Of a DNA stretch of 64,000 nucleotides, positions 25,858 to 37,548 are shown piece by piece (positions within the stretch are counted from its first letter, which is position 1; every line of letters begins with the position of its first letter). This DNA is from Dimorphilus gyrociliatus (taxonomy: Eukaryota > Animalia > Annelida). The stretch is from the NCBI GenBank assembly GCA_904063045.1, contig CAJFCJ010000017.1:1-64000 (forward strand), read 5' to 3'. Under the pieces are notes generated by a model. The model did not search any database. It was not told the DNA's origin and saw only the letters and a program-made list of their open reading frames with translations. A program made the translations under genes and the position numbers.

Positions 25858-27980
25858 TTAACCTTTCTGCAATTGTCTGTGTAGGTAGGCGATATCGTCC
25901 TGACGGACAACTCCCTTATAACGAGCTTGTAACAGATCCAATTTAATTGAAAAGCATTTTTGCATTCCCACCTTCTTTACCAAGCATCCATTTTTGTCTT
26001 CTGCATATGTTCTTGAAGGGAAAAAGTATTAGTCAGAATGGGGTTTCCTATATTGCGTATTCGTTACCTGAGAGCTCTGGATAACTTCTCATAGGTCATT
26101 GATTTATTATTCTTTTTCTCTCCCCATCTCCTGGCCAGTTCACTCGACAAGACTATCTTAAAGGTAAGAGGTTGCTCGCTCTTCTCAACCCATTCTATAC
26201 ATTGAGCCCTTTGGACTTCTTCCATAATAAAGTCGAATAATCTCGGTTGTTTTGACATAACTATAGAAAAAAGAATAGGAAAAGAATAATTTCAATATAA
26301 ACTATTGTCAATTGACAAAAGTAACGTTCACTTAAAAAGGGGCCATTTGTCCTCCAACAAAGTCAACAGCTAGTATTACCAACTGTATTGCTTTCCCTTT
26401 TGGGGAAGAATCTCAAATCCCCAGTAATTTACGTGGTTATAGAGATACTTATAAATGTTAATGATATTCTATGTTTATTTGTTAAAGAGCTTCCAGATTA
26501 CATCTCAGAAGTTATGCATATTCGTCTCTATTATAATTAATTAATTGCACATCGAATTCCCTTTAAAGCGTTTCCTGTCAATCTCCACTTTCATAAGAAT
26601 CGCATACAAACATTATAATTGTTCTTACTAAAAGAAACCTATTCGTAAAAACTGAAAGTTTAAGCTTGCCGTTCATAGGCTAATTACATCGTCGTTTTGT
26701 TTGTATGTTTGTTTGTTTGTTCCGTGTTCTTATCCCACCCCCGTTTCCTTTACATTTTCTTAAATTTACAGCCAACTTTAATCTAATACTAATTGACGGA
26801 CTTACCTCTTCTTCTAACGTCTTTATTGACAACATGGGGTGATCTAAATTCACAATCCCTTTGAATATCTTGAGAAGTATGGTTCGAACTTTTTTGACAT
26901 TGTGTCGAAGACTTTGCCTTCCATGAGCCTAGTTTTTGTCAAATTAATTGGTGTTATCAACAAGAAATTAGCGTAATACTGATATTAGCCAACTCACTTT
27001 TATCATTATTCTCATAATTCATTGGCTTTGAATAATAGATACTTGAATCGCAAAATTTAGAAGTAGAGTGTTGAATAGTTCCAGGAAACGTCGTTTTTCT
27101 TTTCTTTTTAATATCGGAGGGCGAATGATTGCCTTCATAGTAGATTTTATTTTGGTTATTTTGAAAGGAGAGTCCGTTATCCCTACCTATAAGAGTGAAG
27201 ATAGTAAGGAAGAGAGAAGATTATTAAGCGAAAGAGCTTATTATTAATATAATTGAGTTTATTTAACTTACCTGTTCCGCTGAATGAATCGAATTGATTA
27301 AGATGTTTATATCTTTGTTCATTTTCTATTGGTAGACGATTTCTTGGTCTTTGCTGATCGAAATTATTCCAATTTTCAGCATAGCTGTTAGTTGTCGAAT
27401 CGGAAAAGACCGTTGAAAATTCACTTGAAAAATTCAAGTAATTCGTGTCGTTGTAGTGAAAATGATAATCTGGTTTGTTCCAATTGAATAGTTTTTCTTT
27501 CGGCAAATAAGCCAATTGATTAGAAGAAGGGGGAGAGGAAGATGAAGATGACGATGATGAGGAAGATGAAGAAGTAGAAAATGAAGAAGGGGAAGGAGAT
27601 AGAGGAGAAGTCTTATGATAATATTGAAAGGAATTTCCTTCAAAAGCATTATTGTTACTGTTGTTGTTATTATTAAGATTATTGTTGGGTGCCGGAGAAA
27701 AAGGTATAACAAATTCTTGCGTTTCTAATGTTGAATTTTGAAATTCCTCGTTCATTTCGTACTTTTCTTGAAAACTACTATTAACTGGAAAATTCATCAT
27801 ATCGCTATTATCGGTAGTAATAGAATTGTTGTTATCGAGAGAACCATAAGTGAAGTTTAGTAGGTTATTACAACTGTTAGGAAGTTGTTGTACTCCTCCT
27901 CCTTCTTCTATTCTTTTGTCATCGTTGTAAAAATCATTGGCCAAATATTCATAAAAATTCATTGGAATATTCGAGTTCAT
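25858..27980 (-). CDS. Divergent ETS-domain transcription factor A (long Asn/Ser-rich N-terminus, no PNT domain seen)
   Basis: ETS exon 26260-26068 reads PRLFDFIMEEV...CIEW...FKIV.SSELARRWGEKKNNKSMTYEKLSRALR. A phase-2 intron leads to the last exon TYAEDKNGCLVKKVGMQKCFSIK...*. Upstream exons 27980-27272 and two at 26800-27190 join in frame. The true start may lie further 5'. Confidence 0.9.
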
Positions 27981-29610
27981 GCTAACTGCTCGGAGTCTTG
28001 CTAGTAAATACGGAAGAAATATTCGTAGTCGCTTATGTCTTATGAGGATAACAATAGGCGAACAAAAGTAACGGATGTAAAGCAAAATCAGTTGTTTTCT
28101 TATCACTACGCAAGGAAAGAAAGAAGAAGAAAACAGAACTTTTTTTCTTTCATTCTCTCCCTCTCTCCCTCCCTCTCTCTCTTTCTCATTCCTTATTCTT
28201 TTATATAATCTTCATTTATGTATATTAATCAACAAATTAGGTATTTATAAATCAATTAATCCATTTAATGTTTATACGTTGAAAAGAATGAATGAATCCC
28301 TTAAGGGCTACTTTATTTACACCTCCAAAATAGAAAGGCCTATAATCTATGTGCAGTTTTAAACGATTTAATCTCTCAAAGTAGAAATTCCATTTATTGT
28401 TTTATTACATCTGTTACCGTACAAAAAAATATTGTCAACAAATAGAAGAAATTTTATCCGATAGATGGCGTCATTATCAAGAGAGAGAAAACGATAGATA
28501 AAGGGAGAAGGAAAAGGAGTAATGACAAGAATAGTTATAAACAATAAACACGTATCGAATGTTATTAATACGGAGAGAAGCCTCTTCTACTCCTTTCATT
28601 TACTTTTATTTTTAAAATTTAATAACTATCTGTAAGATGCTTATGAGATGAAAGGAAAAGGGTTAGGGAGAAGTAGGAGGAGGAGAAGGAGGAGGAGGAA
28701 GAGCAGGAAGTATAGGGAAGATGAAAGGTAGGAGAGGGAGAGAAGAAGATATGGAACAGAATAACGATAGAAAAAACAGTCATTAAGATGAAAATAGCAT
28801 ACAGGAAATATTGTCTACTTTCGCTTTCATCTCAAAATGAAATAAATATAAAAATGTAGACTTAGCAATTAAATATCATTTACTTTAAGGATTTATCTAT
28901 CAAGCAGATAATTAAAAGAATCATCGCTGTACTTTTATCCTTCCAATTAATGTTATCAGTGGAAAGTATCGCAGTAGAAAAACGGGGGATTGTTTCTACA
29001 AAAAGCCAAAACACCAAGCGACGATAGCCGCTTAGGTGCGAAATTGTCTTCTATCAGTACTACTGTGTATAATTATTAATAAACTATATTTTATTCTTGC
29101 GCGAAAATGTATTTAATATCTAAAATGGATTGATAGTGGTTGATGAGGGAAAATGTGTGGCGGAATAGAGAGAGAGAGAGAGAGAGAGATTATGAATATT
29201 ACACTGAATTTTACAGTTAAAAGAATATAAGAGAAAGAAATTGAGAACATAAGAAGATAACCAGCAAATTAATAGGCTTTTACCTTCAATTATTAAGAAC
29301 AATAAACGAAAAGAAACGGAATGAAAGAACTGCAAAAAAAAAAAAACTGCAGTAAAACCGTAAACGTATACATATTTATATTAAAATTGAAATGGTAACA
29401 CCCGCTGCTGTTAATAGTTGTGCATACAATTGTCAATTTATATATTTCAAATATACCTTACTCTTAAAAAATGCAAGGAAAACTACACAGTAGCGTTTTC
29501 TTATCAATTTCATTAATTAACAAGGGAACAACGATAAAAAGATAAATAATAATAATATTAACAATAATATAACAAAGTGGTAAACTTTTATGGCACAGTG
29601 TGTGGTTCAT

Positions 29611-29806
29611 TTAACAGATGATACATTTTTCAAACATACTCTCCAAATATTCAATGTCATTTTGTCTGATAACTTTTCTGAATCTTTCCATTAAGAGATC
29701 TATTCTTATGTTAAAGCACAACTTTTTGCCGTTGGGCCTTTGCAAGCATCCACTGTCTTTATTTGTGTATATTCTGAAAATTATGGTATAAATTTTAATC
29801 AGTATC

Positions 29807-29840
<34 letters not shown>

Positions 29841-30216
29841 TTGAAAATGTTAGCGTACCTCATAGATCTGGCAAATTTTTCATAAGTCATATTTGGATTC
29901 TTTTTTACAATACCCCATCTGCACGCCAATTCAGCTGAGTTCATTATTTTAAAAGTTAATGGAAACTGCGAGTTTCTTATCCATTTTATGCACGTGTTGT
30001 TTGGTTTCTTTAATTCGTCCAGAAGAAAGTGCAATAGTCTCGGTTGATTTAGCATAACTGTAGTAGTAATATTAATAACAAACAATAACAACAATAGAAT
30101 AAAAACCAACAGGACAAATTAAAATATTAATAATTTTCTTCCCTGTTTTAACTAGCCTTATCTATGAGTATTTATTGAAAAGTGCTTTGTGTTGTATATC
30201 TTAGAATAGGGAGAAA

Positions 30217-30251
<35 letters not shown>

Positions 30252-30801
30252 ACGCATAGTGTGTTGAAGTAATGCTGTAAAGAGGAGAGTAAGGGAAGCA
30301 AAGAGAAGAAAGGATATTGTAAAGTAATAGTTGTTAAGAAGTGTAAAGGGAGGATTAGTTTCTCGTGGGAAATTTACAATAACAGTTGAATATGAAAGTA
30401 AACACTTTTGTAAACAGTTAATGTTGAATTACGAAATATTAAAAGTTAATTGGCAGACATACTGTATTGAGGAGTATGATTAAGAAGGATGTAAGAAATA
30501 TCATACCTCGTCTTCTGAAAGATTCCTGCTTTCTTTTCATTTTATCTAACTTTTGAACGTTTTGAACAGTTGATTCTTTAGTCTGCTTAAAGCAGATCCC
30601 ATATTGATTGTTTGGAGATATTAGTTCTTCGAAAAAATCGATATTACTATCAATTAAAGTTGACCAAAATTCTTGATCGATGCTTGCATCACTTCTATTA
30701 GGAAGATTGGAGATTATCAGATCAGGGTTAATCTCTTGTTGGAAATCTTTGTCAAAGGCCAAGCTGGATTCTAGAATCCCTTGAATTTCTTGAAGAGACA
30801 T
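29611..30801 (-). CDS. Divergent ETS-domain transcription factor B (short acidic N-terminus)
   Basis: Exons 30801-30507, 30057-29859 and 29773-29611. ETS reads PRLLHFLLDEL...CIKW...FKIMNSAELACRWGIVKKNPNMTYEKFARSMR|IYTNKDSGCL. Intron positions and phases match ETS A. Confidence 0.9.
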
Positions 30802-33040
30802 TTCCTGTTAAATTTACTCGAATGAAGAGACGTGTTAAAAATCGGTTGTTATATACGCACAATTCACCCGATAAGTGTTTACAATACAATTCGTTCGAGA
30901 GCTTTAAATTGTTGCTATCGCTTACAGAATATCCTTAATAACTGAAACGGAAGGGAAATGTCTTGTCTGCCTTTTACTACTCGAAAGTTAAATAATACAA
31001 ATGTACGTATACAGCAGTAGACTTTTTCTACCAACCTCTTTCCAATGTCTATCCCTTTAACAAGTTTCCTTCGTCCCTTCTTCCTCCTCTTCCTGTCTTA
31101 TCATATCACTTGTAATAGTCTCGATGAATATATTTATTTCGATTGAATAGTCAACAGTCAACTAAAAACAGTAGGAAAATTTACTCCCGTTTTGTCAATT
31201 TGCATTATAGAAAGCTAAATGAAATATTTTTTTTACGGCAAACTGTTAAAATTCAAATCCTTTCTTATCTTTCTCATCTTGTTTTACAGTCAAATTGATA
31301 GTCTTTTGTGGAAACACCTGTATTATATTAATGATAGTAATAATCGTAATAAAATGGCTTAATAATCAATTTCTCGCTTTTGATGAAATGGCTTTTATCC
31401 AGGTTAAAAAAAATTGAAAAAACAAAAGAACGAAAAGGGAGGAAGAGGAAAGGGAGTAAACTAGTTGATGGAATGAGAAAAGAGGATGAAGTGAGCTATT
31501 AACTTTTTGTCGATTGTCTATAAAATAAAGAAAAGATAAACGTATTAATAATCCTAATTATCTCTTTTTCCCTTCTCTTCCTAGAATTGAAACGAAATAG
31601 CGTCTATTTATAGGACAAGGAATTTCCGAGTTGAAGTAAGCTTACATATACTTTTATCGAGAAGAAAAAAATGGCCGTATTCCTACTCGTATTGAGGACT
31701 GATAACGAAATGCTCTTTATCAGTAATAGTTAACATTGTCAATAGAAGAAGTCTGTGAAATTTCTCTTTTTATTGTCTTAGTAACGTACTGACAAGTGTG
31801 TTAGCCTATAGACATTTAACCAGACGCACGGAAATTCATAGCCACATTCAGCTATTACTTTTAGTAATTTCTGTTCTATTTCGCAATATTGCTGTTGACC
31901 ATCGTCGTGTTTTATCGAAGATAAAATTCAGTATAGTAGTTAGGTTAGGAAAAATTATTCCCTTTTATTTTGTTTTTAAGGGTTAGATTAAATAGACCCG
32001 ACTTTTAAAATTCTTGAATATTTGTCCCTTTATTTTCAATCTGTTCATTCATCCATCCATCCATCCATCAATCTATTCATCTATCAATCTAATCGAACGT
32101 TTGTTCATTAATTCATTTATTCTCACACTTTTACGTTCATTCATTCGTACAATTACTCGTTCAGTCATAGTTGTGTATCGTGGCACGTCGCTTAATTATT
32201 ATTAATGTCATTCAGTTGTTTAGTAATATTAGACGAATAAAAGAATCGATTGTCAACGTCTAGTTTTCCCATCAGTAATAAGAAAGAAGGGGAAGATATC
32301 TAGAAAAGATGACGCGAGATAAAAGCCCATCAAAAGAAATAATATAGTATATAATGATAATAAAAACGACTAATATATACAGTAACGTATACCGTATGTA
32401 ATAAATTTTATATATTTATCAAATATCATGCATGAAATCATACGTTATTAATAATAATAATAGTAGTAATAATAATAACAATAATAGTAATAATAGTATA
32501 AATGGGAAAGAAAAAAAAAAAAACGTTTGGAAAAGTACACTGTAGTAAGTAATTAATTATATATCTATAGTTTGTAGGTTGCGTTGTGTGTTCGTATGTT
32601 TAAGTATGTAAGTATGTAAATATGTAAATATGTCTATTTTTCTATATTCTTTTAATAGAGAAAAGAGTTTTATTTATTTAAGTGTTTTTTTTTTTTTTAA
32701 GCGGAAAAAAAAATATTCATATTATGTTCAATTCTTTGGAAATTTCAACACAAGGAAAATCGCTTCAAACCCCAGTTTTTTTTTTGTTTTTTTTTTGTTT
32801 TTTTAGAGCTTTACAGTTTAAACGTTTAGAGAAAAAATGGAAAATAATTAAGATTATAAAGACTTTTGTTTTTTTTTTCCCCCAAAAAAAGAAGAAAGGA
32901 AAAGAAAAGAAGAAATACTTTTTGATTGAAACAATTTGTTTTGTTTTTTTTTTATCTCTTCTTCTTCTTCTTCTTGTTCTTCTTCTTTGTAAAATTTTAT
33001 TGATATTTGTAGTCTTTTAGTTTTACTATTATCTCTCCGT

Positions 33041-34352
33041 TTAGTATGTTGTCTTAGGAGCTTCCGGATTTGATCCAGCTGGTTCGGCAGGCTTATTTAT
33101 AGTAACCATTGGCTGCCCCGTCCTCCATGTTTGAAATTTGAAAAATGTATCAACTGCAAATGTTCCTAGCGTGAAGAAGCTGAACGCCTATAGGTTGTTA
33201 AAATAAAAAAACCGACAATCAATATCATTCGATATTAAAATGAAACTATCTTACAGCAGCAGCTTTTCCGGCGTCTATTTTATATTTAGTACCCTGGGCA
33301 GCGGCAACTACGAAGGCGATAAAATAAAATAAGGTGTAGACGCCGTAGTAGACGAATTCCTGGTGAGAGAAATATTAGCAATTACAAATTGAATGCAGCA
33401 GATTTACTTTTCCTATTAATTAGACAACTCCGCTAACGCGTCTTTAATTCTTTCTAATTAATTTTCGTCTTCTATAGGCGTTTCCCCTTACTAACTAACT
33501 GGCTCGTTCACTCGCTCACGCCTCCCACTCTCTCCCTGCCTTCCTTTCTCTCTTTATCATTTTTACATTCTCTTCATTTGTCAAGGCCTAGTTCTATCAA
33601 TTATCTACACAGTATTAGAGAAATAGTATTGTTTATCGTATTTAATCTGAGCTTGCGCTGAGAATAAACAAAAGCTGTACAAGATCTATTCTCCTTTCTT
33701 ATATCGTAGGGAGGACGAATTAGAACGGAAGAGGAATAGGGGTAAAAAAAAAAAAAGAAAAAGAGCTTGGCAATGTGATAGATAGATAGATATAGAAGAA
33801 ATTGTTGAGGAAATTATGAGGGGAATTGATGCGGGAGAATAGCTAATGACTTTTTCAAGTAATAAATCATGTTGTACAGATGGTAATATTTTATATACAC
33901 GGCTTTTTAGGCTTTACGCATACAGGCAAAACGTAAGTTTTCCTCTTTTTATATAATATATCATCTATACGTATTGTATTGTAGAGTCGAGTATACTCAC
34001 TATCAACGGCCAAGGTCCAGGTAATTTGTTAATTAGCGACGTAACGTAAAAGATGAGTAGAACAGTGCAAATGATAAGAGCAGTCATTGACACAAATTGA
34101 ACCCATCCGCCTCCTTCCTTGACGAATGATGATTTAACACTAGCACATATGAATGTTATAAGACTGAGAACCTAGAAAAGAAAGGTTAAAAGGTTGATAA
34201 TTAATCGTTAAACAATAAATGAGATAAATACTTACTATTTGAGCGATTTTAAGCAAACCAGGTATACTCTTGATATAGTTTACATCAAACATAGAGCTAC
34301 TAGTGGCCGAAGCACCGGTATTGTACTGAGTTGGCATATTTCCTTCTGACAT
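33041..34352 (-). CDS. MARVEL-domain four-TM protein, plasmolipin/CMTM family
   Basis: Four exons: MSEGNMPTQY...FDVNYIKSIPGLLKIAQI|VLSLITFICAS...GGGWVQFVSMTA...LPGPWPLI|EFVYYGVYTLFYFIAFVVAAA...AAA|AFSFFTLGTFAVDTFFKFQTWR...KTTY*. The ORF-track start at 34370 is a GTG at a splice acceptor; the first ATG is at 34352. Confidence 0.93.
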
Positions 34353-34602
34353 TTTGGATGGGAATGACACCTACCAAAAAGAGAGAATAAAATTGTGGGA
34401 GTTAACTGTAATAATTCGTTAAACTTCTCCAATTTCGTTAATCAATTAATCCGACAAAAAACTAAACCAAAACAACAAATATTTTTCAACTGAAGAGAAG
34501 AAATAATAAAAAGTGGTCTACCTAATAAATCTCAGTAATAAGACAATAAATAAAGTATGTTGGTGGTCTAAATATACAGTATAAGCGTTGTGTATATTAA
34601 GG

Positions 34603-34608
<6 letters not shown>

Positions 34609-34636
<28 letters not shown>
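34609..34636. repeat. (TA)n microsatellite (another at about 53610-53640)
   Basis: Directly visible. Confidence 0.95.
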
Positions 34637-34639
<3 letters not shown>

Positions 34640-36735
34640 GCACCAGTCGTATCAAAGACTTATTGATTTCGTACTAAAAGCTAAAACCTTATCGTTTTGA
34701 TAATAAAAAAAAAACGCATGATTATGAGGTTGAATATTTAATATAAGAGAATATCTATAAGGAATATAAAACCGTATATAAAACTAAATGTCTAAATGAC
34801 ACGATTTATTCCTCTTACTATTATTAATTTCCATTATTTCTTTGATGAAAGCGGCTACTTGGCGTGTTTGTTTGTTTGTGTGTAAAATACTTGTTGAAGA
34901 GTGTGACAGAATGAATGAAAGGATATAACAAGGAAGGAAAAGATATGGATAGAGAGAAGGATGTATATATATATATATATACCTTCAAACTACCGTTATT
35001 GCTCTATTAGAATGATTAGCTTTTTTCTGTATTTTAGAAATGGTCGTCATCAATATGAACGATTTCAATACTATAATTTTGTTAGTAATGGCGACGACCA
35101 TTTTCTAAAATAGTCGATTAATCGACAAGAAAAATAAATCAATGGTGTTTTTTCAACATTATATAATCAAAACACTTCTTTTTACGGTAGAGCGTCGTTC
35201 TATTGAAATCATTGCAATAAATATTAGAATGATACGTTAATCTAGTATTGAAAATATGAATAAATTGGAGGAACTAAGATGTCTTTTTATAAGAGCATAT
35301 TTATAGATTTAGTAGTATAATAACGAATCTATTTATACAGGTCTGTAAAACGCACAGCTCGTACGATTCTATTTACAATATTAGAATATTTAACGTATTT
35401 CGTTAGAGGAAAAATGTATCAGTTCTATTCAATACATGTCTAGAGAATGTTCTATTTCGTGCAACATACCTAGTCTACTGTTTTGCGCATACCAGTTTGT
35501 ATTTCGTTCGCTAATTTCTACTCTCTCCCTCTCTCGCTCTCACTCTTCGCATATAATCATTTATAATAAAATACTCTCCGTAAGCGTCTCCCAATCGTTC
35601 GTTAATTAATTATATCGTCTATTTAGATGTGAATCTTACCTGATCTATCGAATATTATTAAGAATTCTTCGAACAAAACTCTCCACCTAGCGCTCGTTAA
35701 GGCGGACAACGGCAAATGTTTTATGCGACTCAGTCTAGCTCAATTTTTACCACTTGACATGCGCAGAAATAACGTTGTATAGGCCTTCGCAAACGCCTCT
35801 TAAAACTATAGATGATACCTGGCAGCTTATCAATCCGTGTAATATCGATTTTAGCCGAATGATTCACCTGTTTTCTATAGACATGTGACTTGGAATCACC
35901 TATTCTTTACCGATAAAGACCTTACAGATTACGAAATGAATTCATAGACATTTTTTTTCTTATTCATTATCATTAAGATTCAATGATTCATGCTCACAGA
36001 GCTGTTTTACAAGTGAATGACTAAGTCTAGCCGAGATCCTAGGCTTGGTATTATATGAATATATGGATTTAATATATACTGGATAGCGAGAGAAAAAGGG
36101 GGACTATTAATCTCTAAATATTAGACATAATGCATAAGAGAGAAAGACAGAAAGAGAGGAAGAGAGAGAGAGAGAGAGAGAGAGTGAGTCTCATTTAAAG
36201 AATATTCTAAAATGGTAACAATATTAAGTTTCTATACACAAAATCTACAAATGTTAAGAGTATAGCTCAACGTTGTAAAGCGTTCTTTCTTTCTTTCAAA
36301 TCGTTTATTTTCACTCGAAGTGGGACAGGTCAGAAAATAATACATTAAATCAGTAGCCAACTAACTGTTCAATAATACTTATATACACGAATAGGAAGAG
36401 GGAATTGGACAGGGGAAATGAATCTTACATACAGACACGTCGATTGCAGAGTAACATGTAGAAAATGGGAGATATAAACGAATAAAATACATGTGTGAGT
36501 GTGCGAGTGCGTGTGTGTGTATACAGTATTTATTGTATGTATGCATATATGCCTGTGCGTACAGGCAGTTCTATATGTATTGTATCAGTTTGGTACATTC
36601 TACTCTACAGTCTGTGCCTTTTGTATGGCCAAAAATTTTTACAACTAATGGATTGTCTTTGCTGCAGTGCTGAGGAAATTTCTTAACTTTCATAATTAAA
36701 ATTAATTAAAACCTTAGTACGAATCGTACAATTCT

Positions 36736-36776
<41 letters not shown>

Positions 36777-37548
36777 CCTCTCTCCCTCTCTCTCTCTCGC
36801 TTCTTTCTCCCCACCATATAAAATTTACCCGAGTATATTGCATATTAGACTCTACATTATATCCATCTTTATAAATATATAGATACGAATAAAGCCAATT
36901 TCCTAGAAATGGGACCAATTTTTTATACTGGCAGAATAGAAGAATAACAAATGTAATGATATAGCAGCATACATGTTGGTTGCATACTATAAATTGTTTA
37001 TATTGTATATATTTATATTATAAGAATAGACTATACATGCAGTATAGTTGAACTATAGCAATGAACCAATGTATAGAGTAATGTTAAAGTTGCTGCCGGT
37101 GCCTTTCGTTTAAACGGGTTAAAGATCTTTTAGAAACTATAACAAGTCTCTTATCTAACAGTTTCAAATATCTTTTCACATCTTCCCCATTCCCATGGTC
37201 ATTATATTATACTTTTGATAAGGAAAGTTTGTCATTTTCTATAGAAATTAAGTGGAAAAGCTAGAAATAGTAAAGTGTATCGGTAATATAACAAAAACTA
37301 TATCGTTGTTACACTTGCTGCTCTACTTTCTATTGCTAATTGATCATCTCCAATGCTGGTGAAAAGAAACTAGAAATTGTAGGCCAAGCGGACAGAGAGA
37401 AGGGAATTCTTAGCTGAAAGTGACTAATAGATCAAAAGCATTTTGAAAAGCGATATTGATGACTAATTATGAAATGGTGATGAGTGAATTAAATTTAAAA
37501 AAGAACAAAAACAAAAGATTAAGACAAGAAGAAGAAAACTAGAGAATA

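Noticed and set aside
32680-33020. 112-aa hydrophobic/Lys-rich plus-strand ORF
   Set aside because: Low-complexity T/A homopolymer runs in the MARVEL 3' UTR, with a non-ATG start.
35817-35825. ACCTGGCAG, resembling the 5' end of U1 snRNA
   Set aside because: The match is only 9 nt; flanks do not continue the U1 sequence and no Sm site or stem-loops are evident.
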